Source: Pseudomonadota bacterium
GTDB lineage: Bacteria > Pseudomonadota > Alphaproteobacteria > Puniceispirillales > Puniceispirillaceae
Assembly (NCBI GenBank): GCA_027620495.1
Contig: JAQCEA010000008.1
Coordinates: 12,098 to 76,097 of the forward strand
Reading direction: 5' to 3'
Length of the DNA stretch: 64,000 bases
The position numbers were made by a program, and so were the translations under genes. Shown one piece after another: positions 47,344-55,820 of the stretch. The notes below the pieces were generated by a model, which did not search any database, was not told the origin of the DNA, and saw only the letters and a list, made by a program, of their open reading frames with translations. Each line of letters opens with the position of its first letter. Position 1 is the stretch's first letter.

Positions 47344-48085
47344 AACCCGGTATCCTCATTTGACGTTCCCAACCATTCATGCTCATCACCAGCACGCCAA
47401 CAAGCACAATATAAACAACAAAGACAAGAAGCATCGTTGGATAGAGTGCAGACGGATAATCATTCCATATGGTCACGGATTGATACAGCAGTTCTGGTAC
47501 AGCGATACCAAACGCCTGTGTTGTGGTTTTTACCAGATTAACAAGATTGTTATTGAGCGCCGGCAACGACACCCGCACCGCCAGCGGAAATACGATATAG
47601 CGGAATGTTTGCGCGCGCGAGAATCCCAAAGAAGAGGCCGCTTCACGGGTGCTTTCTGGCACGGCTTCTATACCAGCGCGAAAAATTTCGACATTAAAGG
47701 CACCAGCGAAAAACGATAATGAAATGATCGCCCACCCCACATTTGAAATAATCGGCACTTCAAGCCAACCATCAGGGCTATATGTTGGGGTGAATTGACC
47801 AAGCGCAAAATAAAAGAAAAGCAATTGAACATAAGGCGGCGTATTGCGAAAAAATTGAATATACCCTTGGACAACCATTCTGACGATGGCATTGCGGCTG
47901 CCCTGTAAAAAAGCGCCGATAATCCCAATTATGACTGAAAAAAACAAACAGGCGACCGACAATTGTATTGTCATCCATATGCCTGACAGCACTTTTTCTT
48001 GCTGGACTGGTTCATACATCCAGATGAAATTCCAGCGCGGATAATCCTCGACTAATTGTCGAAAAAATTCAGCAATTAAATACAT
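47333..48085 (-). CDS. Amino acid ABC transporter permease
   Basis: 250 aa. EAASSLGFSRAQTFRYIVFPLA EAA loop. Confidence 0.85.
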   Translation of the reverse strand: MYLIAEFFRQLVEDYPRWNFIWMYEPVQQEKVLSGIWMTIQLSVACLFFSVIIGIIGAFLQGSRNAIVRMVVQGYIQFFRNTPPYVQLLFFYFALGQFTPTYSPDGWLEVPIISNVGWAIISLSFFAGAFNVEIFRAGIEAVPESTREAASSLGFSRAQTFRYIVFPLAVRVSLPALNNNLVNLVKTTTQAFGIAVPELLYQSVTIWNDYPSALYPTMLLVFVVYIVLVGVLVMSMNGWERQMRIPGYGL

Positions 48086-48147
48086 GATGATCTCGCAAAA
48101 CGCTGTCGGCGATGACAGGCATCGCCGACAGGAATATTTGCATCAGA

Positions 48148-48993
48148 TTAGTCGGCCAACCAATCTTTCATGCGCTCATTGTAATTGACAAGATATTGTG
48201 TTGGCTGAATGCCCCACTTCTTTTCAAGCTCAATCAAAGAACCATCCTGATGCCACTGATACTGCATACCTGACATAAAGCGTCCAAATACACAATCGCG
48301 CTCCTTAGACGGAACAGCCAGCGCCCATGGGTTATCGTCTTCTGAATTCAGCGGCATTTCAAACTCATCCCAGTTGCCAGAGCTAAGGTCTGAACCAATT
48401 GAGCTGTCATCATACACCCAGGCAATACATTTTTTGTCGCGCAGTGCCTGCTTGGCTTCTGCGTTGCCAGTAAACGCAATGATTTTCGCGCCGTAACGCT
48501 CTTCAACGATCTGGTTGTAGAATGCGCCTTGCTTACCGCATACAGGCTTACCACGAAGGTCTTCCCAGTTTTTTAGGCCCAATGCCTTTGGCGACATGAT
48601 GTTGGTGCCAGATGTGTAGTAATTCGGGCCAACAATACCAACAATTTCACGGCGGTCTTTGCGATCAGACATGGTCGCAATCATCAAGTCGATTTTACCT
48701 TGCTCCAGAAATTGCATGCGGTTGGATGATTGAACGGCCACAAGTTCCAGATCAACCCCCATTTTGGCGGCAACATCTTTGGCCATGTCGATTTCCATGC
48801 CAACAATTTCGCCGCTTGAGTTACGATAGCCCCATGGCTTGTAGTCGGCCTTTACGCCAACAACCAGCTTGCCACGTGACATAACCTTGTTCCACGTATC
48901 ATTGGTACATTTGCCATGACCATCGGCTGTGGCAGCCATTGGCACAAACGCAATGCTTGTTGCGACGAGAGTTTTCAAAAGTCTAGACATCAT
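48148..48993 (-). CDS. Amino acid ABC transporter substrate-binding protein
   Basis: 281 aa. Signal peptide, LVVGVKADYKPWGY, GMEIDMAK pattern of family-3 SBPs. Confidence 0.85.
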   Translation of the reverse strand: MMSRLLKTLVATSIAFVPMAATADGHGKCTNDTWNKVMSRGKLVVGVKADYKPWGYRNSSGEIVGMEIDMAKDVAAKMGVDLELVAVQSSNRMQFLEQGKIDLMIATMSDRKDRREIVGIVGPNYYTSGTNIMSPKALGLKNWEDLRGKPVCGKQGAFYNQIVEERYGAKIIAFTGNAEAKQALRDKKCIAWVYDDSSIGSDLSSGNWDEFEMPLNSEDDNPWALAVPSKERDCVFGRFMSGMQYQWHQDGSLIELEKKWGIQPTQYLVNYNERMKDWLAD

Positions 48994-49270
48994 AACAGTC
49001 TCTCCCTGTTGTTATCATTCAAAATCCAGCCACCCCAAACCATAAAAACCAATCTAGGGTGCCCGAACCTTTATAATCAATGCCTGCTAGTGTGGCCTGT
49101 CGCAGATGTCTTTGCAATTCATTTGTAGTGTAATTTGTTGGGCCGGTCACGGTTTCACAAATTTATATGCAAAGATGTAGGAAGATCATCTTGTCAAAAT
49201 AGTGATAATATTTAGTGATTATGGCACCGGGTATGACGGTCAATGCGGGTAACAAGCTGTGGGCGTGAAC

Positions 49271-51676
49271 ATGATGGATGCACAACAAGACAAAATCCCA
49301 TCGCAGGCATCGGTGGTTGTCATTGGTGGCGGGGTAATGGGATGTTCGACATTATACCATCTTGCCAAATCTGGAGTGAGTGATGCCGTTTTGTTTGAAC
49401 GTAACCAGCTAACCTCTGGCACGACATGGCATTCGGCAGCCCAGGTGCGCGCGTTGCGCTCATCTTATAACTTAACTGAACTCATCCGATATTCTATTCA
49501 ACTATACGCGAATCTCGAGACAGAAACGGGCCAGCAGGTAGGCTGGATTAACAAAGGGTCATTATCAATTGCCACCAATCCTGACCGCATGATTCACATA
49601 AAAAGGCAAGAGGCACTGGCACGTTTGTTTGGTGTTGCCGCTGAAATCATCACGCCTGACGAGGCACAAGAACGCTGGCCCCTGATGAACGGTGATGATG
49701 TTTTAGGGGCGGTCTGGTCTCCGGGTGATGGCCGGGTCAGCCCATCAGATTTATGCGCGGCTTTGGTAAAGGGGGCCAAATCCAGAGGCGCCCGCATTTG
49801 TGAACATACTGGTGTTACCGGGATTTTGACAAAAAACGGCCGGATTTACGCTGTTGAGACAACAAAGGGAGTCATTAAAACCGAAAAAATTGCCCTTTGC
49901 ACTGGCTTGTGGAGCCGCCATGCAGCGGCAATGGCTGGCGTTGAAGTGCCAGTGTGGCCGTGCGAACATTTTTATCTGTTAACCAAGCCGTTGCCCGGCA
50001 TTTTGGGTAATTTGCCAACATTGTCGGATCATGATGGTCATTTATATATCCGAGATGATTCAGGCGGGCTTCTTGTTGGCTGTTTTGAACCTATGGGAAA
50101 GCCGATTGATCCCGACCGTTTGGGCGAGGATTTCGCATTTCAATTATTGCCTGAAGATTGGGATCATTTTGAACCAATGATGCATAATGCACTTCATCGG
50201 TTGCCAGCGCTTGAAACTGCCGAAGTGAAAATGCTGCTGAACGGGCCAGAGAGTTTTACACCAGATGGCAGTTTTTTGCTTGGTGAGGCGGCTGAAACGG
50301 CAGGGTTATTTTTAGGATGTGGGATGAATTCAGTTGGTGTGGCAACCGGCGGTGGTGCAGGCATGGCACTGGCCCATTCTATTGTAAATGGGGCGCCGCC
50401 AATGGATTTGCATGAAGTTGATCCAAAACGGTTTGATCATGCCTGTAATGATGTTGCCGCGCTTGCGGCACGTGTGCCAGAAGTTTTAGGCAAGCATTAT
50501 GAAATCACCTATCCGGGGCGACAATGGACCACCGCGCGCGGTTTGCGGCATTTGCCGCTTCACCAAAAATGGGTGGAAGAAAACGCGCATTTTGGTCAAG
50601 TTTTTGGCTATGAGCGGCCCTTATATTTCAACAAAACCACAGAACCTGTTCTGCGATTTGATAAGCCGGACTGGTTTGATCAGGTCGGCGCCGAAGTGGC
50701 TGTCGCACAACATGGGGTGGCAATCACTGATTTGTCTAGTTTTGGCAAAATTGACGTGATTGGCCCAGATGCTGAAGCCGCGCTTAGCTATATATGTAGC
50801 AATGATATGACCCGCGCGCCCGGTCAAGTGACATATAGTTTGATGCTCAACACCAGCGGCGGTATTCATGCCGATCTTACAGTGATGCGATTTTCTGAAA
50901 ACCATTTTCGTTTATCTGTCGGCACAGCCGCGTTAAAACGCGATATGGCGTGGCTGTCGCGGCATGTTTCGGGTGATGTGACGGTGACTGATGTAACCGA
51001 TCGCTATGCGACGCTTGGTGTAATGGGGCCAAAAACGGCCGGGCTTGGTGCGGCACTTGGTGCTGACTGGTTGGATGGGATTGGATATTTCAAGCATAAA
51101 GATGGCGATATTGACGCCATAGCTGTAACCGCGGCGCGGCTATCTTATATCGGTGAGGCGGGATGGGAAATTACCTGCGGCGCTGATGATGCAGAAAAAC
51201 TGTACCAGCGTTTGTCAGCGGCCGGGGGGCGGCCAATTGGCAGTCTGGCGCAAACATCTATGCGGATCGAAAAAGGGTTTATTTCCTATGGGCATGATGT
51301 TGATACAGATGTAACGCCGTTTATGGCCGGACTCGAATTCACACTTGATCAAACAAGTGATTTTATTGGCAAGCCAGCATGTGAAACCGCCCCAAAGCCA
51401 GCTAAAAAGTTGGTCACGATAATTCTTGATGATGCCAACGCAGTGCCGCTTGGCAATGAGCCGGTGATTCAAGGTGATCGAATTGTTGGCAAAACCACAT
51501 CGGCGGCATTTGGCTACCGTATCGGTCGGCCTGTATTATTGGCAATGCTGGAACATAATAGTTGCGTCGATGGTCAGACCGCTCAAGTTGATATAGCCGG
51601 TGTACGGTTTGACGGTCGGGTAAAATGCGGGGCAGCCTATGACGCTGATGGGGCGCGCATGCGTTCGTTGCGTTGA
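49271..51676 (+). CDS. FAD-dependent oxidoreductase fused to a GcvT-type folate-binding domain (dimethylglycine/sarcosine dehydrogenase family)
   Basis: About 801 aa. VVVIGGGVMGCSTLYHLAK dinucleotide motif. C-terminal aminomethyltransferase-like half (FGKIDVIGPDA..., YIGEAGWEI). First ATG is at 49271. The track GTG start is at 49259. Confidence 0.88.
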   Translation: MMDAQQDKIPSQASVVVIGGGVMGCSTLYHLAKSGVSDAVLFERNQLTSGTTWHSAAQVRALRSSYNLTELIRYSIQLYANLETETGQQVGWINKGSLSIATNPDRMIHIKRQEALARLFGVAAEIITPDEAQERWPLMNGDDVLGAVWSPGDGRVSPSDLCAALVKGAKSRGARICEHTGVTGILTKNGRIYAVETTKGVIKTEKIALCTGLWSRHAAAMAGVEVPVWPCEHFYLLTKPLPGILGNLPTLSDHDGHLYIRDDSGGLLVGCFEPMGKPIDPDRLGEDFAFQLLPEDWDHFEPMMHNALHRLPALETAEVKMLLNGPESFTPDGSFLLGEAAETAGLFLGCGMNSVGVATGGGAGMALAHSIVNGAPPMDLHEVDPKRFDHACNDVAALAARVPEVLGKHYEITYPGRQWTTARGLRHLPLHQKWVEENAHFGQVFGYERPLYFNKTTEPVLRFDKPDWFDQVGAEVAVAQHGVAITDLSSFGKIDVIGPDAEAALSYICSNDMTRAPGQVTYSLMLNTSGGIHADLTVMRFSENHFRLSVGTAALKRDMAWLSRHVSGDVTVTDVTDRYATLGVMGPKTAGLGAALGADWLDGIGYFKHKDGDIDAIAVTAARLSYIGEAGWEITCGADDAEKLYQRLSAAGGRPIGSLAQTSMRIEKGFISYGHDVDTDVTPFMAGLEFTLDQTSDFIGKPACETAPKPAKKLVTIILDDANAVPLGNEPVIQGDRIVGKTTSAAFGYRIGRPVLLAMLEHNSCVDGQTAQVDIAGVRFDGRVKCGAAYDADGARMRSLR

Positions 51677-52018
51677 CTAATCCAGCCGAAATGTCTGATG
51701 ACAGCTTTTGCAGGTTGCGGCGGTGGCTGAAAACGCGTCAATAGTGGCGTCTAGATCTTTTGACGTGGCGGCTGATATCAATCTATCAGCGGCGTCATAA
51801 TGCACTTTTGCCGCTTGTTTAAACCCGTCAAAATTCACCCATATTTCAGCGGTGGCGGCAGACGGTTTTTGGTTGCTGCCCTCGGGGAAATAATCTGGCA
51901 TTTCGGCCGCCCAGTCTTTGATCTCTGCGGCTAGCGGCAAAATGGTGTCAAAATCGCTGCTTTGCAAATGCGTCTTGATCGATTTTAGATGATCTTTACT
52001 GCGGACAAACCGATCCAT
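51677..52018 (-). CDS. Class II cytochrome c (cytochrome c'/c-556 family); 5' end apparently frameshifted
   Basis: C-terminal heme motif CKSCHQ. Four-helix-bundle size. The signal peptide is encoded upstream, but its ATG (52119-52121) is out of frame by one A. Confidence 0.68.
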   Translation of the reverse strand: MDRFVRSKDHLKSIKTHLQSSDFDTILPLAAEIKDWAAEMPDYFPEGSNQKPSAATAEIWVNFDGFKQAAKVHYDAADRLISAATSKDLDATIDAFSATAATCKSCHQTFRLD

Positions 52019-52137
52019 CCGTTCTTTTACAATACCTGTGGCACCGCTATGTGCGAACGCCGTTGCCGTTACAGCAACAGCGATGAAACTGGCAAGGGTG
52101 ATGGGTAGTTTTGCGTCTCATGCCACTATGCTCCCAA

Positions 52138-52584
52138 TCAATGACAGGCCTTTCCAAGGGCTTTTAGCCGCCAGTAATTATAGGGAAGGGGCGCTATAAA
52201 GCCAGCCACCAGCATGATTGGCACCGCCCACCAGGTTAGCATAGCACCGCCCGTTAACAGATAATCCGTCACATTCATCGCAACTTCCATGGAAATCATC
52301 GACAACAGCGACATGCCAAGCGCGGTTTTCAGCGCGATCGTGAAAGCCATCTGGCGTGCCAAGATAAAGGTTTCGAGAATGATTGACGTTAACAGACCAT
52401 TGAAAATGGCCAAAGACATAATCCAGAAAACCGGCCAGTCAATGCCAGAGTGCTGAAAAAACAAAATCGTCCCCATGTCGCCAATCGAACAGCCAAGCAA
52501 ACACCAGCTGGTGTTATAGCTGGCCGCTTTCCATGTGTGTCGGCAGCGCCAATGAATGTCTAATGCGTTTTGTGCAATCGCCAT
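52138..52584 (-). CDS. DUF4396-family membrane protein
   Basis: 148 aa, 4 TM. WCLLGCSIGDMG motif typical of DUF4396. Confidence 0.62.
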   Translation of the reverse strand: MAIAQNALDIHWRCRHTWKAASYNTSWCLLGCSIGDMGTILFFQHSGIDWPVFWIMSLAIFNGLLTSIILETFILARQMAFTIALKTALGMSLLSMISMEVAMNVTDYLLTGGAMLTWWAVPIMLVAGFIAPLPYNYWRLKALGKACH

Positions 52585-52804
52585 GCTTACCTCTGACCAC
52601 CTCTGACCAAAAAACCTTAGATAAAATCTCCCCTAAGAGGAAAGTCAAGAGCCATTCACCGCATCCAACATAAGGGCGTAATCAACCTGTCAGTCATGAT
52701 GATCAGATGGGGGACGCCAATGTGCTGGCCACCACGAAATTATGGAGACCTGCCTTTATACAGTGAAACGAAGTTTGATAATAAATTTGCTCTATTTATG
52801 GCGA

Positions 52805-53134
52805 TTATAGAGGGCCGCCTTGATCTCTCAGCAATTCAATATAAATGCTGGCCGATGCCACATAATGGCTAGCATTGGGATTGTCTGCACAAAATTCCTT
52901 TACCGCTTGCCATATCAATTCTTCTTCTGGCGGTTCTTGAAAACGTTGCTGCATCATTTCATTCAGCGCGCTGATATAGCCAAATGTCCAGCCCTTTGCC
53001 CGTTCGGTGAAGGTTTCGTCATTGCCGCTTGCCAAGATGATTTTGCAATTGGCGTCACCGCCATATTTTGTCCAAGCCTGCGCCTCGCTGGTAGCGATCA
53101 GAAACATGATAAGTGGAAGATAATATCTCTTCAT
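52805..53134 (-). CDS. Secreted hypothetical protein (about 109 aa)
   Basis: Signal peptide MKRYYLPLIMFLIATSEAQA. Two Cys in the mature part. Start set at 53134. Confidence 0.5.
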   Translation of the reverse strand: MKRYYLPLIMFLIATSEAQAWTKYGGDANCKIILASGNDETFTERAKGWTFGYISALNEMMQQRFQEPPEEELIWQAVKEFCADNPNASHYVASASIYIELLRDQGGPL

Positions 53135-53300
53135 AACTTTGGTCTCGGTTTGGTTGTTTGCGATGAAGTGGGGTTTGGCGCGCCAAAACAGCACATTTTG
53201 CCTGATAATTCTGTCACATTGGCCAGAAAATGTAAAAGGAACAAAATTATTTCATGTAATCAGTTGGTTAAATTACTTTTAAAACCAATAAAAAAATGAC

Positions 53301-53327
53301 TAAAACTTTTTGAGTTTGCGTCGTTAA
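53301..53327 (+). promoter_or_regulatory. Sigma-28 (FliA)-type promoter candidate: TAAA-N15-GTCGTTAA
   Basis: Read directly. TAAA is at 53301-53304, followed by a 15-nt spacer, then GTCGTTAA (6/8 to GCCGATAA). It lies 33 nt upstream of the flagellin ATG. Confidence 0.45.
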
Positions 53328-53359
53328 CGAATTGGCGAAGCCTTATCATGGAGATCACA

Positions 53360-54178
53360 ATGGCGATAAGTTTTAACTCAAAACCAGGGTTTGTATTGGG
53401 GGCGTCTGCCTCTAATACAAATCGTAATTTTACCGAAAACCCACTTGAAAGATTATCTAGCGGCAAACGTATAAACAGCGCCGCCGACGATGCGGCCGGG
53501 ATTGCAGTCCTGTCTAAATTAGAGGCGGCCTTGTCTGAAAAGGAACGAGCCATCAGAAATGCGGCAGATGGGCAAGGGCTTTTGCATACTGCCGAAGCTG
53601 GTGCCGCCGAAGTTTCAAATATTTTAAACAGAATGCGTGAACTTGCGGTGCAGGCTGCCAATGGGACCAACAGCATTGCAGCACGTGAGGCTTTGCAAAG
53701 TGAAGCCGACCAACTGACAGCCGAAATAAGCCTGATAGCCGATAGCACCTCGTTCAATGGCCGCACCCCACTGTCAGGTACAGATGTGGATGTGCAAGTG
53801 GGGGCTTCCACCGGCGAAAACATCAATGTGACCATCGAAGCCGTGGGGGCGGGTGACCTGCAAATTGATACAGGGCGTGTTTTATTTGATACATCGGCAA
53901 ATGCGCGAGATGCCATTGGGGCCATTGATGCGGCACTTGAAAAGGTGAGTTCTGTTAGAAGTGATATTGGTGCCAGTGTGAACAGGATATCGAGAAGCAT
54001 CGATCATTTAAGTAACGCAGCAAAAAATACAAAAGTTGCGGCGGGCCGGGTGTCAGATGCCGATGTTGAAGATGAGACTATGCGTCTTATGAAGTCGCAA
54101 ATTTTGCAGCAATCCTCAATCGCCATGCTGGCGCAGGGAAATGCGTCAAAAGGAATGATGCTTCATCTTATTTCCTGA
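53360..54178 (+). CDS. fliC: Flagellin
   Basis: 272 aa. N-terminal LERLSSGKRINSAADDAAGIAV and C-terminal MKSQILQQSSIAMLAQGN. ATG 53360 is preceded by a GGAG SD 6 nt upstream. The track ORF opens at 53348. Confidence 0.9.
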   Translation: MAISFNSKPGFVLGASASNTNRNFTENPLERLSSGKRINSAADDAAGIAVLSKLEAALSEKERAIRNAADGQGLLHTAEAGAAEVSNILNRMRELAVQAANGTNSIAAREALQSEADQLTAEISLIADSTSFNGRTPLSGTDVDVQVGASTGENINVTIEAVGAGDLQIDTGRVLFDTSANARDAIGAIDAALEKVSSVRSDIGASVNRISRSIDHLSNAAKNTKVAAGRVSDADVEDETMRLMKSQILQQSSIAMLAQGNASKGMMLHLIS

Positions 54179-54277
54179 CGACATTAGTTGACTTAATTTT
54201 CGTCTTTGCTAGTCTTGTTTTTGAAGCTTGCATGAGACGAAACACGCTGGTCAAAATTATGTTTTTATTAGCTTTCA

Positions 54278-54305
54278 GCGGTTCAGGCCTTTGTGTTTGA
54301 ACCGC
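54278..54305 (+). terminator. Hairpin downstream of flagellin (GCGGTTCA-12 nt-TGAACCGC)
   Basis: Perfect 8-bp stem read directly. The following sequence is T-rich but is not a clean U-tract. Confidence 0.3.
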
Positions 54306-54443
54306 AGCCTTTGTTTGACATTCAAAGTTTGTCATTTTGGCCGGGTGTCTTTCCTTGAAAATGTATCAAGAGGCTGTTCAATCATCTATCAATATGATAG
54401 TTGAACCTATATAAAGTAGATAATCTATGAACTGAAATATTTC

Positions 54444-54836
54444 ATGAACTCTGAACCTGAAAAGAAAACCACAGCGGTTGTCCCATTTGATGCAACGAAG
54501 ACATCTGTGGTGATTTCCACCGTGGTTGATTGGGCCCGCATGAATATTGAAGAGGAAAATTTATCGAGCGTCGAAGCGGTTAAAGAACAGCTGCCAGCCA
54601 TTATGGGAAAGATTATGGCGTTATGCTGGGTGAATGACAAATTTGAAAAATATTTTGTGGCCAATCCAGCCACCTGTCTCGAACAGCTTGGCATATCACT
54701 TCCCACCAGCATCGTGATCACACCGCAAAAATCTAAAACCAATCGACCAAGCATTACCGTTTATGAACGGCGTGAAGGGTCTCGGTTTAAAAATAGGCTA
54801 TTTTCGCTGTCACTCACGCTTATGGCAACACGCTAG
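54444..54836 (+). CDS. Hypothetical protein with a nitrile-hydratase-alpha / NHLP-leader-like segment
   Basis: 130 aa. KIMALCWVNDKFEKYFVANPATCLEQLGISLPTSIVI follows the NHLP pattern (IIAKAW.D..F...L..NP...L...G..LP....I). No SD seen, so the start is uncertain. Confidence 0.45.
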   Translation: MNSEPEKKTTAVVPFDATKTSVVISTVVDWARMNIEEENLSSVEAVKEQLPAIMGKIMALCWVNDKFEKYFVANPATCLEQLGISLPTSIVITPQKSKTNRPSITVYERREGSRFKNRLFSLSLTLMATR

Positions 54837-54898
54837 GGACTGAGTCATCTGATCTAGCCCGATAATTTCAACAACAATGCACCAAATATTTCTTGCAA

Positions 54899-55549
54899 TC
54901 AATTTATGTTTTTGAGTGTCGTATCAATCACTTGACGAGTTTGATGTGACTGGTTTTGCAAATTTTCAATCTGTTTCGTTAATTTATCTGCGGTTCGTTT
55001 TTGTTGTTTGCTTTTTTGCAATTGTTGTTTGCTGTTTGCGTTTATGCCATCGATAAACTGAGGATCTACCAGTAATTGATTGATTTTTTTTGCCTGGGTA
55101 AATGGTTTGAAATCCGCCGTTTTGGCCAGTCTTTTTAATTCATCGTCCAGTTCTTGGTTAAATTTTGCCGTCGCCCTATTCGCGGCAGATCGTGTCTTGT
55201 TCACCACGATCATCAAATTCAGAATCTGCGCTTGCAAATCATTTATTTCAATAAGGCGTTCGTTCAGATAGGCACGGTGTTCAAGCAGTTTTTTGCGTAA
55301 AGCTGTTTTGTGATCAAGGCTCGAAATGATATTTGTTTCATCGGTAATATCCTCTGACAAAAGAATAAATTCTTGGGTAATCATGGCCGTTACCTGATTG
55401 GCCATTTGCCTATCACCAAGAAAAATTTTTGACGCTACAGCCTGAAGTTGCGCTGCTGTTTGCTCGAGCAAAGATCGGGTTTGATAGGCCTCAGCTTTGA
55501 CATCATTTGCCAAACGCTCTGCATCTTTAATTTTTCGTCTTTCCGACAT
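54899..55549 (-). CDS. Coiled-coil hypothetical protein (216 aa)
   Basis: Gln/Lys/Leu-rich heptad-like sequence throughout. Low-GC gene. No family recognised. Confidence 0.5.
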   Translation of the reverse strand: MSERRKIKDAERLANDVKAEAYQTRSLLEQTAAQLQAVASKIFLGDRQMANQVTAMITQEFILLSEDITDETNIISSLDHKTALRKKLLEHRAYLNERLIEINDLQAQILNLMIVVNKTRSAANRATAKFNQELDDELKRLAKTADFKPFTQAKKINQLLVDPQFIDGINANSKQQLQKSKQQKRTADKLTKQIENLQNQSHQTRQVIDTTLKNIN

Positions 55550-55820
55550 ATTATACCCTGTTCAATTTTAACAAATCTCTAACCGATATCAGTGTACGAT
55601 ATGTATCAAATATCATTACAATAACAAAAACAAAATTATGTACCAGCCAGATATAAAATAATTGTTGTGGCGGCATAGATGTCATGCGCGGAATAACTGT
55701 TGCTCTCTTGCCGCCTATTGTATGACCATGTATGACCAGATTATGGCGCTGGGGGGGCGAGGGTGCATCTGTTCGCCCCACCATTTGGCCGCGCAGATTG
55801 ATATGTTTTTTTTGGAGGCA

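Noticed and set aside
48994-49258. Glycine or other riboswitch upstream of the GcvT-domain dehydrogenase
   Set aside because: I found no GGAGAG...CACCG-type glycine-riboswitch cores or convincing nested stems. There is only a short direct repeat (AGTGATAAT/AGTGATTAT).
52609-52650. MerR-type promoter (TTGACT-19 nt-TATCTA on the minus strand) upstream of the DUF4396 gene
   Set aside because: The 19-bp spacer is suggestive. But the only dyad is a 5-bp CTTAG/CTAAG pair that is off-centre, and no MerR-family gene is nearby. This is too weak to call.
53260-54000. 246-aa minus-strand ORF
   Set aside because: It lies entirely antisense to the flagellin gene. Its Ala/Ser/Leu-rich low-complexity translation is the typical shadow of an Ala/Gly-rich gene. 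Flagellin motifs unambiguously identify the plus strand as coding.
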